Source of the DNA: Acutalibacteraceae bacterium
GTDB lineage: Bacteria > Bacillota > Clostridia > Oscillospirales > Acutalibacteraceae
DNA: 64,000 bases
Assembly: GCA_051880555.1 (NCBI GenBank)
Contig: JBJEOE010000022.1
Coordinates: forward strand, 10,784 to 74,783
Reading direction: 5' to 3'
Within the stretch, counting starts at the first letter, position 1. Each line of letters begins with the position of its first letter. The translations under genes and the position numbers were made by a program. Shown here in pieces: positions 17,552 to 25,889 of this stretch. A model generated the notes under the pieces. The model was given only the letters and a program-made list of their open reading frames with translations. It did no database searches and was not told where the DNA came from.

Positions 17552-20008
17552 TTATTTCACAGATTTTCTCTTTTTACCGTAAACGGCAGTTGTTACAACG
17601 CCGAAGCCGGAAACAAAGAGTAAAGCAATCCAAAGAGACATCATACTGTTATCGCCGGTCTGAGGAGAATCAGGTGATCCTGTGTTCGGGTTGTTTTCCG
17701 TCGGCTTACTCGAATCTCCAGGGTTTGAAGGTTCTGTCGGTGTTCCGGTCGCCGGAATTTCAACAGCAGTCTTCTTGTAGCCACAAACCTTACATTCTTC
17801 GTGCTTGGAACCCTTTTCGGTCGCCGTAGCATCCTTGTCAATCTTCCACTCAAATTCATGAGCTGAAACGTTCTGCTTCTCGCTGCAGCCGGAGCAGGTA
17901 TTCCAATGATTTGTTTCGTCAGATTCAAACTTCGTAGTGTCTACATCGTGGGTATGATCGAGAGCAGGGGTAATCACATATCCGCATACTGAGCACTTAA
18001 CCGCATCGGTTTCGGTTTCCTCTGCACGGTCAGGGGTATGAGCCGCCTTGCTGCTGTCAATTACAACACCACAGCCTGCTACAGTACAAATGTGCCAATG
18101 ATTATCCTTGTCAGACTTCCATTCGGTGCCTTCGGTATGCCCGAGAGGATCGCCTTCGGTTGCATGACATACGGAGCAGGTTTTAGGAGCAGTACAGGTA
18201 GCAGGCGTCCAGTTGTGCGCACCAAGTTCGCCGTACTCAAAGGTTGCCGTGTCCTTTTCACCGCAAGCGCAGGACTTGTAATAAGTAGCCTTTGCTGTGC
18301 AGGTGGCAACAGATGCCTTGTAAGCATCTGTTGCTACTTCCTTGTTAAACACATGGGTATGACCGAGCTGTGCTTCAATGACATATCCGCACTCGGTACA
18401 CTTAATAGCGTATTCCTCAGTTGCGTTACCTGTATGGTCGGGAGTATGACTTGCAAAATCGCATTTCTCTGTGCAGTTTGCAGTCTTGCAAGCATGCCAG
18501 TGACCGCTTGCATCACTTGACCACCCGGAAGCCGGATTATGCGCTGCCAGTCCACCGTACTCTACATTACATACATCGCAGACAGCCTTGTGCTGGCAAG
18601 TTGCAACATTCGCACCGGTAGAGCTATGTGCAACCTTGCTGCCGTCAATTACAACGCCACAACCCATAGTCGTACACTCTTTCCAGTGATAAGTGCCGTC
18701 ATTGTTCCAGGTAGAAGAGGGTGTGTGTGCGCCGGCAGGAATAGATGTACCGGCTGCAGTGATTTCATTACAGCCAAGGCACTTGGTGTCGCCGGTATAG
18801 CCGTCAATCTGATTCTTGTGGTCGGGTTCGCTGGCGTTAACGGTTGATGTTCCGCCTACATGGACGCTTGCATTCTTGTCACCCAAGAAAGTGTGAGCAT
18901 CGTTGTTTTCCACCTTTCCGCAGACAGAGCAGGAATAGTAGTACACCGCTTTGTCACGGCAGTTTCCGGCAGTTTTCAGCGCTTGTGCTTTCTTCGTTGC
19001 AGCAGTATAGCTGTGAGCAGCATAATTGCCGTAAGGCTGCTGACACACAGAACAAACGGCTTTAGCCGTACAGGTTGCTGTTCCTCCGGTGTGGTATGCA
19101 AGGTTACGAAACGGAGCCTCATTGATTTCTACATCGGATGTGTTGAAAAGCTGTCCGCAATCGTCACATTTCTTGTGCTCGTCCCAACCTTTTACCGTAC
19201 AGGTAGAGTCCTGTGCAGATACGGTGGACTTGTTTGTGTGAGCACAGGATACCGTTACCGTACAGGTATCGGTAAAGTTTCCGTCAGCAGTTTTGACGGT
19301 GATGGTGGCGGTGCCTTTCTTAACACCGGTTACTGCTCCGGTTGTCGCGTTTACAGTGGCAACGGAAGTATCGCTGGATGTAAACGAAACAGTTTTGTTT
19401 GTTGCTTCTGCAGGTGCAACAGTGAAAGACGGGGTCTTTGTTTGACCGATATTGACGGACAGCGTCTCGTCAATTGTTACGCCTGTAACCGCTACAGGTG
19501 CGGCAGTCACTGTGACAGCAGCAGGAATGACAGAATAATCAGAGGTATGATCTTCCCACGTCTGGCAAGAATAAAACTCCAGATTGTCAAGACCAACTTC
19601 GAGTGTTCCGCCTGCGCCATTGTTTACTGTGCACTGGAAAGTAGCTATCACAGTATCTGTGTTGCTACTGTAATCAGCGGCGGATGCAACACCGTTAATT
19701 CGTTTTGTGACTTCCGTCCAGTCTGCTGTATCAAAGCCTAAAGTCTCTTTTAGACCGACTGCCAGCTTACCGGAGTTTGCCACATAGGTTAATCCTTCGG
19801 GAATAACCAGGTCCATCTGCATGGTACCCATATCTGAAACGGGACCCAGCGTAATGGTATAGGTGATGGTATCACCCGGAGATGCTTCTGTTTTGTCGGC
19901 AGTTACTTTTAGATAAACCGGACCGGCAGCCATTACGGGTACTGCAGTTACCAGCAATGACAGAACCATAACAAAACAAAGCAATAGGGATGTGATTCGC
20001 TTGTTCAT
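17552..20008 (-). CDS. Sortase-anchored surface protein: signal peptide - cohesin-like module - Big_2 Ig-like domain - ~490-aa Cys/His-rich repeat stalk - SPQTG sorting signal
   Basis: GGAGG lies 9 nt upstream of the ATG at 20008. Cohesin-like VYLKVTADKTEASPGDTITYTITLGPVSDMGTMQMDLVIPEGLTYV...TLEVGLDNLEFYS. Big_2-like VTGVTIDETLSVNIGQTKTPSFTVAPAEATNKTVSFTSSDTSVATVNATTGAVTGVKKGTATITV. C-terminus SPQTGDN + hydrophobic helix + KKRKSVK. Confidence 0.8.
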   Translation of the reverse strand: MNKRITSLLLCFVMVLSLLVTAVPVMAAGPVYLKVTADKTEASPGDTITYTITLGPVSDMGTMQMDLVIPEGLTYVANSGKLAVGLKETLGFDTADWTEVTKRINGVASAADYSSNTDTVIATFQCTVNNGAGGTLEVGLDNLEFYSCQTWEDHTSDYSVIPAAVTVTAAPVAVTGVTIDETLSVNIGQTKTPSFTVAPAEATNKTVSFTSSDTSVATVNATTGAVTGVKKGTATITVKTADGNFTDTCTVTVSCAHTNKSTVSAQDSTCTVKGWDEHKKCDDCGQLFNTSDVEINEAPFRNLAYHTGGTATCTAKAVCSVCQQPYGNYAAHSYTAATKKAQALKTAGNCRDKAVYYYSCSVCGKVENNDAHTFLGDKNASVHVGGTSTVNASEPDHKNQIDGYTGDTKCLGCNEITAAGTSIPAGAHTPSSTWNNDGTYHWKECTTMGCGVVIDGSKVAHSSTGANVATCQHKAVCDVCNVEYGGLAAHNPASGWSSDASGHWHACKTANCTEKCDFASHTPDHTGNATEEYAIKCTECGYVIEAQLGHTHVFNKEVATDAYKASVATCTAKATYYKSCACGEKDTATFEYGELGAHNWTPATCTAPKTCSVCHATEGDPLGHTEGTEWKSDKDNHWHICTVAGCGVVIDSSKAAHTPDRAEETETDAVKCSVCGYVITPALDHTHDVDTTKFESDETNHWNTCSGCSEKQNVSAHEFEWKIDKDATATEKGSKHEECKVCGYKKTAVEIPATGTPTEPSNPGDSSKPTENNPNTGSPDSPQTGDNSMMSLWIALLFVSGFGVVTTAVYGKKRKSVK

Positions 20009-20185
20009 GATCAAGCTCCTCCTTTAATAATATATTTGCGGGACGTCCCTTTACACACCAATTTTGAGGTCTCGCTTAGTCTCAAAACGGCGGCACAGAT
20101 TTCTCTGCGATTTATATATTCTTAAACCTCCGTTTCTTCCCCATATGGCGTATGGAGAAGATACTTTGGTGTTAAGACAATTGAA

Positions 20186-23100
20186 TTACCAAAGAAGTGA
20201 TGTACCTCTTGCATGGGCATTGAGCCTTCCGGCGTCAGCCGTTGTCACAAGTCCGTCCTGTTTCACAGTATCGGCACATAGAAGCTCATAACCTGTGAGT
20301 ATTGCGACGCCTCTTGCGTGAGAGTTTGCACGACCAAAATCAATTGTAGTTACTTTGCCGTCACCGTTGATGTCGCCCAATAGATGTATCTTTACATCCT
20401 GAATAACGGAGCTGTTACCGACAACTACGGTGTACTCACGGGTGACGTGGTTGTTTTTACTTACCTTCAAGGTATAGGTACCGGCGGAAACGCCTTCGAT
20501 GGAATACTCAGCGATTTTGCCCTTGACGAAAACCTCATAGTCTGCCTCGGAGTTGCCCTCGGCAATCAACTGAAGAGTGACGTCATCGGTATTGCTGGCG
20601 AAGCTGGTGGCTGTGCCGGAAACGGTAATATCGCTGGTAGCGGGTCGCGGTGTGGGCTTAAAGGTGTAGCACAGGTTTATAGGTTTGTTAGCACCAGTAT
20701 AATATGCATGGTTAAAATATTCTTCTAAATCTTCTTTATTGGCATCCTTCGAGTTAATCATTTCAAGCTCTACGCCGTTTAACGATGTTTTACCTGTAAA
20801 GCAATCGAAATAAGCAACCCGATAGTCTATGTTATTATCCACAACAATGTTTGTTTCAATTTGCACATCTACCCTATAAACCATACCGGCGATAAAGGTT
20901 GTATTGGCAGGTAGTTCTTCGCCTAATGCATCATACCAGGTTATTTTAGTAACTTCGTAAAGATGAGGTGCAAGGGTGGTGGCAACATAATCGGGTGTGC
21001 CGCCTGCTATTGGTTGAGAAAGCTCTATAACACCAACTTTACTTAACGTTTGCTCTGAACAATTGAATACATATTTAACCTCTTGTTCAAAGTTAAGGCC
21101 TGAACCATATAGGGTAGTATAGTCACCGGGATTTCCGTTTACTATAACAGAAGGCACGGTTGGAGGATCTGTTTTCGTATTCATTAAAAACTCATACCCT
21201 TGATCCGTCTTAACATAAACCTCACACTGATACTTATGGTCGGGTAAAAATACATCTTTGTCATAAACATATTCATAACCGCCGTCGGTTACATCCCACC
21301 AGGAAACACCGTTTTTAACATAGTACCACTTTTGATTTGCCGAATAAGAATAATAATAACTGTTTTTGCTTGTATTAATACTGTATCCTGTGCCGAGAAC
21401 TCTTGCAGTATAGTCAGGGTGTTCGCCTGCTTTTGGCGGTGTTACCTCAATTCTAATATTCCTAATAATAGTTGCATTACATTCGCCAAAGAGCATAGAT
21501 ACTCGTATTTTAGAGGTTGAAGCCTCCTCAACACCATAAACATAAGCAGGTTTGCCGTTAACTGTAGCAGTAACGCAGGAATCAAATTCATAAGGATTAA
21601 CTAATTCAACAGGGAAACCGTAACCGTTATTAGCAACAACATCAAAGGAAACTTTATAATGCCTTGCGCCTATAAATGTAGAGGTTACCATGGGGGTATA
21701 GGTTTGAATGTCAGAACTGAATACTTCCCATTTAACACTGTTAGTGGGTACATAATATGCACTGCTTGAAGCAGTAACTGCTGTTGAAGGCTTTTTGTTT
21801 TCAACAGGGGCGGCGATATTTAAAGCTACCTCTTCAACTGCTTTGGGGCAGGTACCAAAGTTAGGTCTTAGGTGGATTGTCGTATTATGATTGGAAAGAC
21901 CTGTGCCTACTTTTTTTCCGTTAACCTTTCCCATATAACCACTGGGGAAACATAAATAATTTGTAGTGTATATTACAACCTCGGCACGGTATTCTTTTCC
22001 TGCTGTGAAAACCATACCCTCTGTCATACGGTTATCGTTTTCGTACCATTTAATTTCTGATAATCTACAGTTACTCGGCAAGGGAAAAGCACCAATAAGC
22101 ACTCTGATATCACTGACGGGCTTCATTCCTGCAACAGGCTTATGCATTTCAATTTCCATTGAATCCATAATGCCGTAAATTTCTACCTCTTTTGCGGGAT
22201 TGCCGTTACTGTCATATATACCCTCCGAATCATAAGTAGCTCCTTGAGGGGTATGAACCGATAATCCTTCATCAATTATCAGTTCTATACATTTAACTGC
22301 TGAATAGTCCCCTTTAGGTCCTGACATTTTAAAATATCCGCTATAAAAGTGACTATCACCCAGTCGTCCAAATACACCGTGACCGCCGTTGGTTTTAATA
22401 TCATAAACACCGCCAAGATAGGTTGAATTACCTTTAATAGCAGGCTCATCTTTTCCTGTTGCAGTAATTTTAGCATCAGCGCAACGTAAATTAATTATAC
22501 CTACGGCTGATATTGGTTCATCGGCAGTAATATGAAGCTGCTCCAAGGCGGGAAGCTTCCTTGCATCACCGCTTGCTGAGCCTTTTGAATAAATACTGCC
22601 ATTTTGGGTACTTAAACCAAATCTTTCAGCGTTTATGATTATTCTTCCGCCAAGGTAGATATGATTATCCGTAAGACGAGAATCTGATGTAGCGATACCG
22701 TCCACATTGGAATTAATTATGCAGTATTTTGAAACTATAACGGTTACACAATTTCGTGAACGTATAGCAGTATTTTCGGAATAAATTTCCAAAGTTTCAC
22801 AGTTAATATAAGTGTCATAAAAACCAGTCATTCCGCATTCTTTAAGTGCCCTTATGTTAACGGTTTTTGAATTTATAGTTATATTAGTGGCACTAAGAGG
22901 ATAATTACCGTAAATCACGAGCTCAGAACAGTATACAGCAAATTTCCAAACTTCAATTGTTGGTTCATCATATTTTTCAGATGTAGAAGTAACAATTAGC
23001 GGAGCATAGCAGATGAAATCATGAACCTCAATAGTTCGCTCAGCGTTTGTAATATTCAGGGGCTCGCTACCGGTTATTGTAAGGTTGTATTCTCCCGTAA

Positions 23101-23308
23101 TGGATTTAAGGTAAAGCTCCTTATCCATTATAAGCTCAGTATCCGAGTTAAGGGTAAGGTGTGTGTTATTTGAGATTTGACTCGCATACAAAACGGGCAC
23201 TTTAGCACCCTCAGCAAGCACGGAAATACAGCTAAAAGGAATTGTGGCTAAAATCAGCGTTGCCGTCAAAATAATGCTTAAAAGCTTTTTGTAAAAATTA
23301 TTTTTCAT
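20186..23308 (-). CDS. Large secreted dockerin-bearing protein of unknown function
   Basis: Signal peptide MKNNFYKKLLSIILTATLILATIPFSCISVLAEG. It has four internal repeats of ~110-140 aa. The C-terminal dockerin has loops GDINGDGKVTTIDF and a degenerate second loop DTVKQDGLVTTAD. No catalytic motif recognised. Confidence 0.8.
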   Translation of the reverse strand: MKNNFYKKLLSIILTATLILATIPFSCISVLAEGAKVPVLYASQISNNTHLTLNSDTELIMDKELYLKSITGEYNLTITGSEPLNITNAERTIEVHDFICYAPLIVTSTSEKYDEPTIEVWKFAVYCSELVIYGNYPLSATNITINSKTVNIRALKECGMTGFYDTYINCETLEIYSENTAIRSRNCVTVIVSKYCIINSNVDGIATSDSRLTDNHIYLGGRIIINAERFGLSTQNGSIYSKGSASGDARKLPALEQLHITADEPISAVGIINLRCADAKITATGKDEPAIKGNSTYLGGVYDIKTNGGHGVFGRLGDSHFYSGYFKMSGPKGDYSAVKCIELIIDEGLSVHTPQGATYDSEGIYDSNGNPAKEVEIYGIMDSMEIEMHKPVAGMKPVSDIRVLIGAFPLPSNCRLSEIKWYENDNRMTEGMVFTAGKEYRAEVVIYTTNYLCFPSGYMGKVNGKKVGTGLSNHNTTIHLRPNFGTCPKAVEEVALNIAAPVENKKPSTAVTASSSAYYVPTNSVKWEVFSSDIQTYTPMVTSTFIGARHYKVSFDVVANNGYGFPVELVNPYEFDSCVTATVNGKPAYVYGVEEASTSKIRVSMLFGECNATIIRNIRIEVTPPKAGEHPDYTARVLGTGYSINTSKNSYYYSYSANQKWYYVKNGVSWWDVTDGGYEYVYDKDVFLPDHKYQCEVYVKTDQGYEFLMNTKTDPPTVPSVIVNGNPGDYTTLYGSGLNFEQEVKYVFNCSEQTLSKVGVIELSQPIAGGTPDYVATTLAPHLYEVTKITWYDALGEELPANTTFIAGMVYRVDVQIETNIVVDNNIDYRVAYFDCFTGKTSLNGVELEMINSKDANKEDLEEYFNHAYYTGANKPINLCYTFKPTPRPATSDITVSGTATSFASNTDDVTLQLIAEGNSEADYEVFVKGKIAEYSIEGVSAGTYTLKVSKNNHVTREYTVVVGNSSVIQDVKIHLLGDINGDGKVTTIDFGRANSHARGVAILTGYELLCADTVKQDGLVTTADAGRLNAHARGTSLLW

Positions 23309-23457
23309 AAATATTCCCCTTCACTAAGATATAAGGCGATACCGCACAGAGCAAATAGGTAGAAAAGTTTACAAAGAAGTGGTCTAATAGAGATATCTTG
23401 TCAATATATACCACCGCCTCTTAATAAAACCATTGTGACAGCCGTTCGTTTTACTCG

Positions 23458-23844
23458 TTAAAGGGAAGCGAGCGCTGCCGTCAAGTATTTTTCGGTTACA
23501 GATGAATAAAAGAAGGCGTCGATCAGCCCGTCCTTTTTCGCATTGGCTACCTCACGGGCAATGTCGGGTGCTGAGTTTTCATCGCACAGCATTACGAGTT
23601 TACAGGACGGAATTTTTTCCCTTACTTGTTTTACTTCTTTTAATCGTGTCTCCATAGTCGTGCCGGAAGCATAAGATACATCCAACAAGAGGATGTCGGC
23701 AGATAGAGCTTCACAGTCATTTGCGATATTGCTCTTTTTCTGAATCAGAACACGAAAAGGCTTAAACTCGCCACTGTTTTTGAGCATTTTAATAATTGCT
23801 TCGGATAGCAGACCGTTTCCGATGCAGACAACGATATTTTTCAC
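23458..23844 (-). CDS. Stand-alone receiver-like (pseudo-receiver) protein
   Basis: 128 aa with a CheY-like alternation pattern and a candidate phospho-Asp in ILLLDVS. The N-terminal acidic pair is replaced (VVCIGNG). Confidence 0.65.
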   Translation of the reverse strand: MKNIVVCIGNGLLSEAIIKMLKNSGEFKPFRVLIQKKSNIANDCEALSADILLLDVSYASGTTMETRLKEVKQVREKIPSCKLVMLCDENSAPDIAREVANAKKDGLIDAFFYSSVTEKYLTAALASL

Positions 23845-23880
23845 CTCAGTTTATCTCCTTCCAATACCTATACACTCTAC

Positions 23881-23925
23881 ATTATACAGATTCGTATTGC
23901 TCCGCACATCGTACTTTAGTGCAAA
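23881..23925 (-). promoter_or_regulatory. Putative activator-dependent promoter: conserved 22-nt motif + extended -10 (copy B)
   Basis: Minus strand reads TTTGCACTAAAGTACGATGTGC (23904-23925), then 15 nt, then TGTATAAT (23881-23888). It lies 37 nt upstream of the receiver-like gene. There is no good -35 hexamer. Confidence 0.45.
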
Positions 23926-23940
23926 CTTTTCGAGAAAAAG

Positions 23941-23967
23941 AAAAAAAGTGCCGCCTTTAGACGACAC
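23941..23967 (-). terminator. Terminator of the two-component operon
   Basis: Minus strand reads gtgtcgtc-taaa-ggcggcac (with G-U pairs) followed by a T7 run. It lies 19 nt after the regulator stop. Confidence 0.5.
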
Positions 23968-23985
23968 TTAATGTGTGATTTTTGA

Positions 23986-24609
23986 TTATTTATTGTTTAT
24001 TACCAAGCCGCTTTCTCTTGCTCGGACAGCAAGCTCGGTGCGGTTTCTGAACCCTGTTTTTTCCCTCATACTCTGAATATGACTTTTTACTGTCCTCAAA
24101 GACATAAACAATTTTTCCGCAATGGCGGCGTCCGACTCACCTGCGACCAATTCCCGAAGAACCTCAAGCTCACGGTCTGTAAGGTTTTCGCTGAAGGTGT
24201 CTCCCAGTTTAAGGGAAGGGGTGAATTCGGGAAAAACTGTTTCTCCCGCCATTGTCCGATCCAAAACGGACAGGATTTGCTCTGCTTCGGAGCTCTTGTA
24301 CCAAAAGCTGTCCACACCGACTTCGTGCGCCCTTTCGATAAAACTACACTCAGGCTGACTGGTAATAATAATTATCTTTGTGTCAGGAAAGCTCTTTTTG
24401 ATTTTTTCGGCGGCGTCCAAGCCGCTTGCGTTCATGGCCGTACAAACATCCATCAAAATGACATCCACTTTATTGGTACGACAGCAGAACTCAGCCAGCA
24501 CCGCACTTTCTACGGACTGAATATGGTTATACTTTTCGCTGGCGTTTATGTATATTTCAAGAAGCTGTCTTGCCATAGGATCATCTTCAACAATCAGAAC
24601 ATTTATCAC
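23986..24609 (-). CDS. LuxR/NarL-family response regulator
   Basis: Receiver (LIVEDDP...VILMDV) plus a C-terminal HTH (LTDRELEVLRELVAGESDAAIAEKLFMSLRTVKSHIQSMREK). Confidence 0.9.
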   Translation of the reverse strand: MINVLIVEDDPMARQLLEIYINASEKYNHIQSVESAVLAEFCCRTNKVDVILMDVCTAMNASGLDAAEKIKKSFPDTKIIIITSQPECSFIERAHEVGVDSFWYKSSEAEQILSVLDRTMAGETVFPEFTPSLKLGDTFSENLTDRELEVLRELVAGESDAAIAEKLFMSLRTVKSHIQSMREKTGFRNRTELAVRARESGLVINNK

Positions 24610-25889
24610 AGGATGTCACCTCTTTTCTTCAGAACGGTTAGCTTGAGAACAAATTCCGGCTGATACACCACTTCCATAGTCCCTCCGATTTGTTCTGTTT
24701 TCAGCCTGAGAGAGCCAAGACCGCCGCCCTCAACCGGTTTTTTCTGCGGATTGGCGCCGTCATTCGTAAAGCAAACGGAATATGCTGTGTTATCTTCCGA
24801 GAACGCAATACGCAGCGTTTTTGCATCGGCGTGCCGTACTGCATTGGTGAGTGCTTCTGTGGCAGCTTCAAAAAACAGCCGATTCGCATCTTCCTGCTTT
24901 GGCATCTGTCCGGTGATAAGCACTTCAATTCCGGCAGAGTGTGCAGCCTTCATAAGCATATCCAAAGGCTCATCATTTTTCGGGCTTTCCGATTCCAAGC
25001 GAAGCATCGCTATATTACGCTTCAAAACATTAAGCAATTCTTGAGTGTTTTCACTCTCACCCTGTAAATAGCGGCGTGTCAAAAGCAATGCCTGCCCAAG
25101 CTCACTGTGAATACGGGCTTTTGTTTCCAGACGCTCTTTTTCGCGCGTCAGCTCATCAACATTTTCGCCGTACTTACGCAGACGTTCATTCATAACAGAA
25201 AGCTCTGCATTCTTTTCTTTCAGTTTTTCCGTCAGCTTGTTCAGCCGTGTTGTTTCCGCTGCCGTGAGCTGGGTAATACCGCCTAACACCTCACGGGCGA
25301 AAGTCCACACCGTCTGATCGGGCAAACGGAGGGTTGGGGTTTCACCCATAAAAATCCTTGCCACGCCCGTCTGTATTTCTCCGTCATTCAGGTTGTCCCA
25401 AAACGCATTGGCGTTCTGTAAATCTCTGCCGAATATTGTGTGGCTCAAATTGTCCATTCGGTGATTGATAAGCATTACCATACCGTTTTTGTAAGCAAAG
25501 CAAAGACCTGTGTTAAGCCAGTCAAGACTTTCCTTTACCGACGAGCGAGTGATGGCGTTCTTTTCAAAATTTCTTTCCTTAATCACAATCGTCAAAAGTG
25601 TAGCAATGATAGCAAGCAGCAGTAAAATCGGAATTATTACCGGCAATGCTGTAACACTCTCAATAATCGGAGTTATATGCCAAGACGGATGAGCCGATTT
25701 TACCTGAGCTGCAAACAAAATCAGAATTGCTCCGCTGAGCAAAAAGCAAAGGGGAACAAGCAACTTCGGCATCAGCTTTTTCCTGCTGAAAACACGAGGC
25801 AAAAGGCAGACGCTCGAACAAACCGCAACAAAGGTTACGACAAGAAAGAATGACTTTACTGCATAATGCAAATCACAAAAGCCTATCAT
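24606..25889 (-). CDS. Sensor histidine kinase (HisKA_3 / NarL-partner type)
   Basis: N-terminal TM helices, a coiled coil, an H-box RIHSELGQALL, an N-box EALTNAVRHA and a G-box GGGLGSLRL. Overlaps the regulator gene by 4 nt. Confidence 0.85.
   Translation of the reverse strand: MIGFCDLHYAVKSFFLVVTFVAVCSSVCLLPRVFSRKKLMPKLLVPLCFLLSGAILILFAAQVKSAHPSWHITPIIESVTALPVIIPILLLLAIIATLLTIVIKERNFEKNAITRSSVKESLDWLNTGLCFAYKNGMVMLINHRMDNLSHTIFGRDLQNANAFWDNLNDGEIQTGVARIFMGETPTLRLPDQTVWTFAREVLGGITQLTAAETTRLNKLTEKLKEKNAELSVMNERLRKYGENVDELTREKERLETKARIHSELGQALLLTRRYLQGESENTQELLNVLKRNIAMLRLESESPKNDEPLDMLMKAAHSAGIEVLITGQMPKQEDANRLFFEAATEALTNAVRHADAKTLRIAFSEDNTAYSVCFTNDGANPQKKPVEGGGLGSLRLKTEQIGGTMEVVYQPEFVLKLTVLKKRGDIL

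Noticed and set aside
18860-19741. 293-aa plus-strand ORF, plus several 60-160-aa ORFs on both strands within 17.6-19.8 kb
   Set aside because: These are shadow frames of the Cys/His-repeat gene. The minus-strand 820-aa frame has a signal peptide, recognisable domains and a sorting signal; the others are low-complexity.
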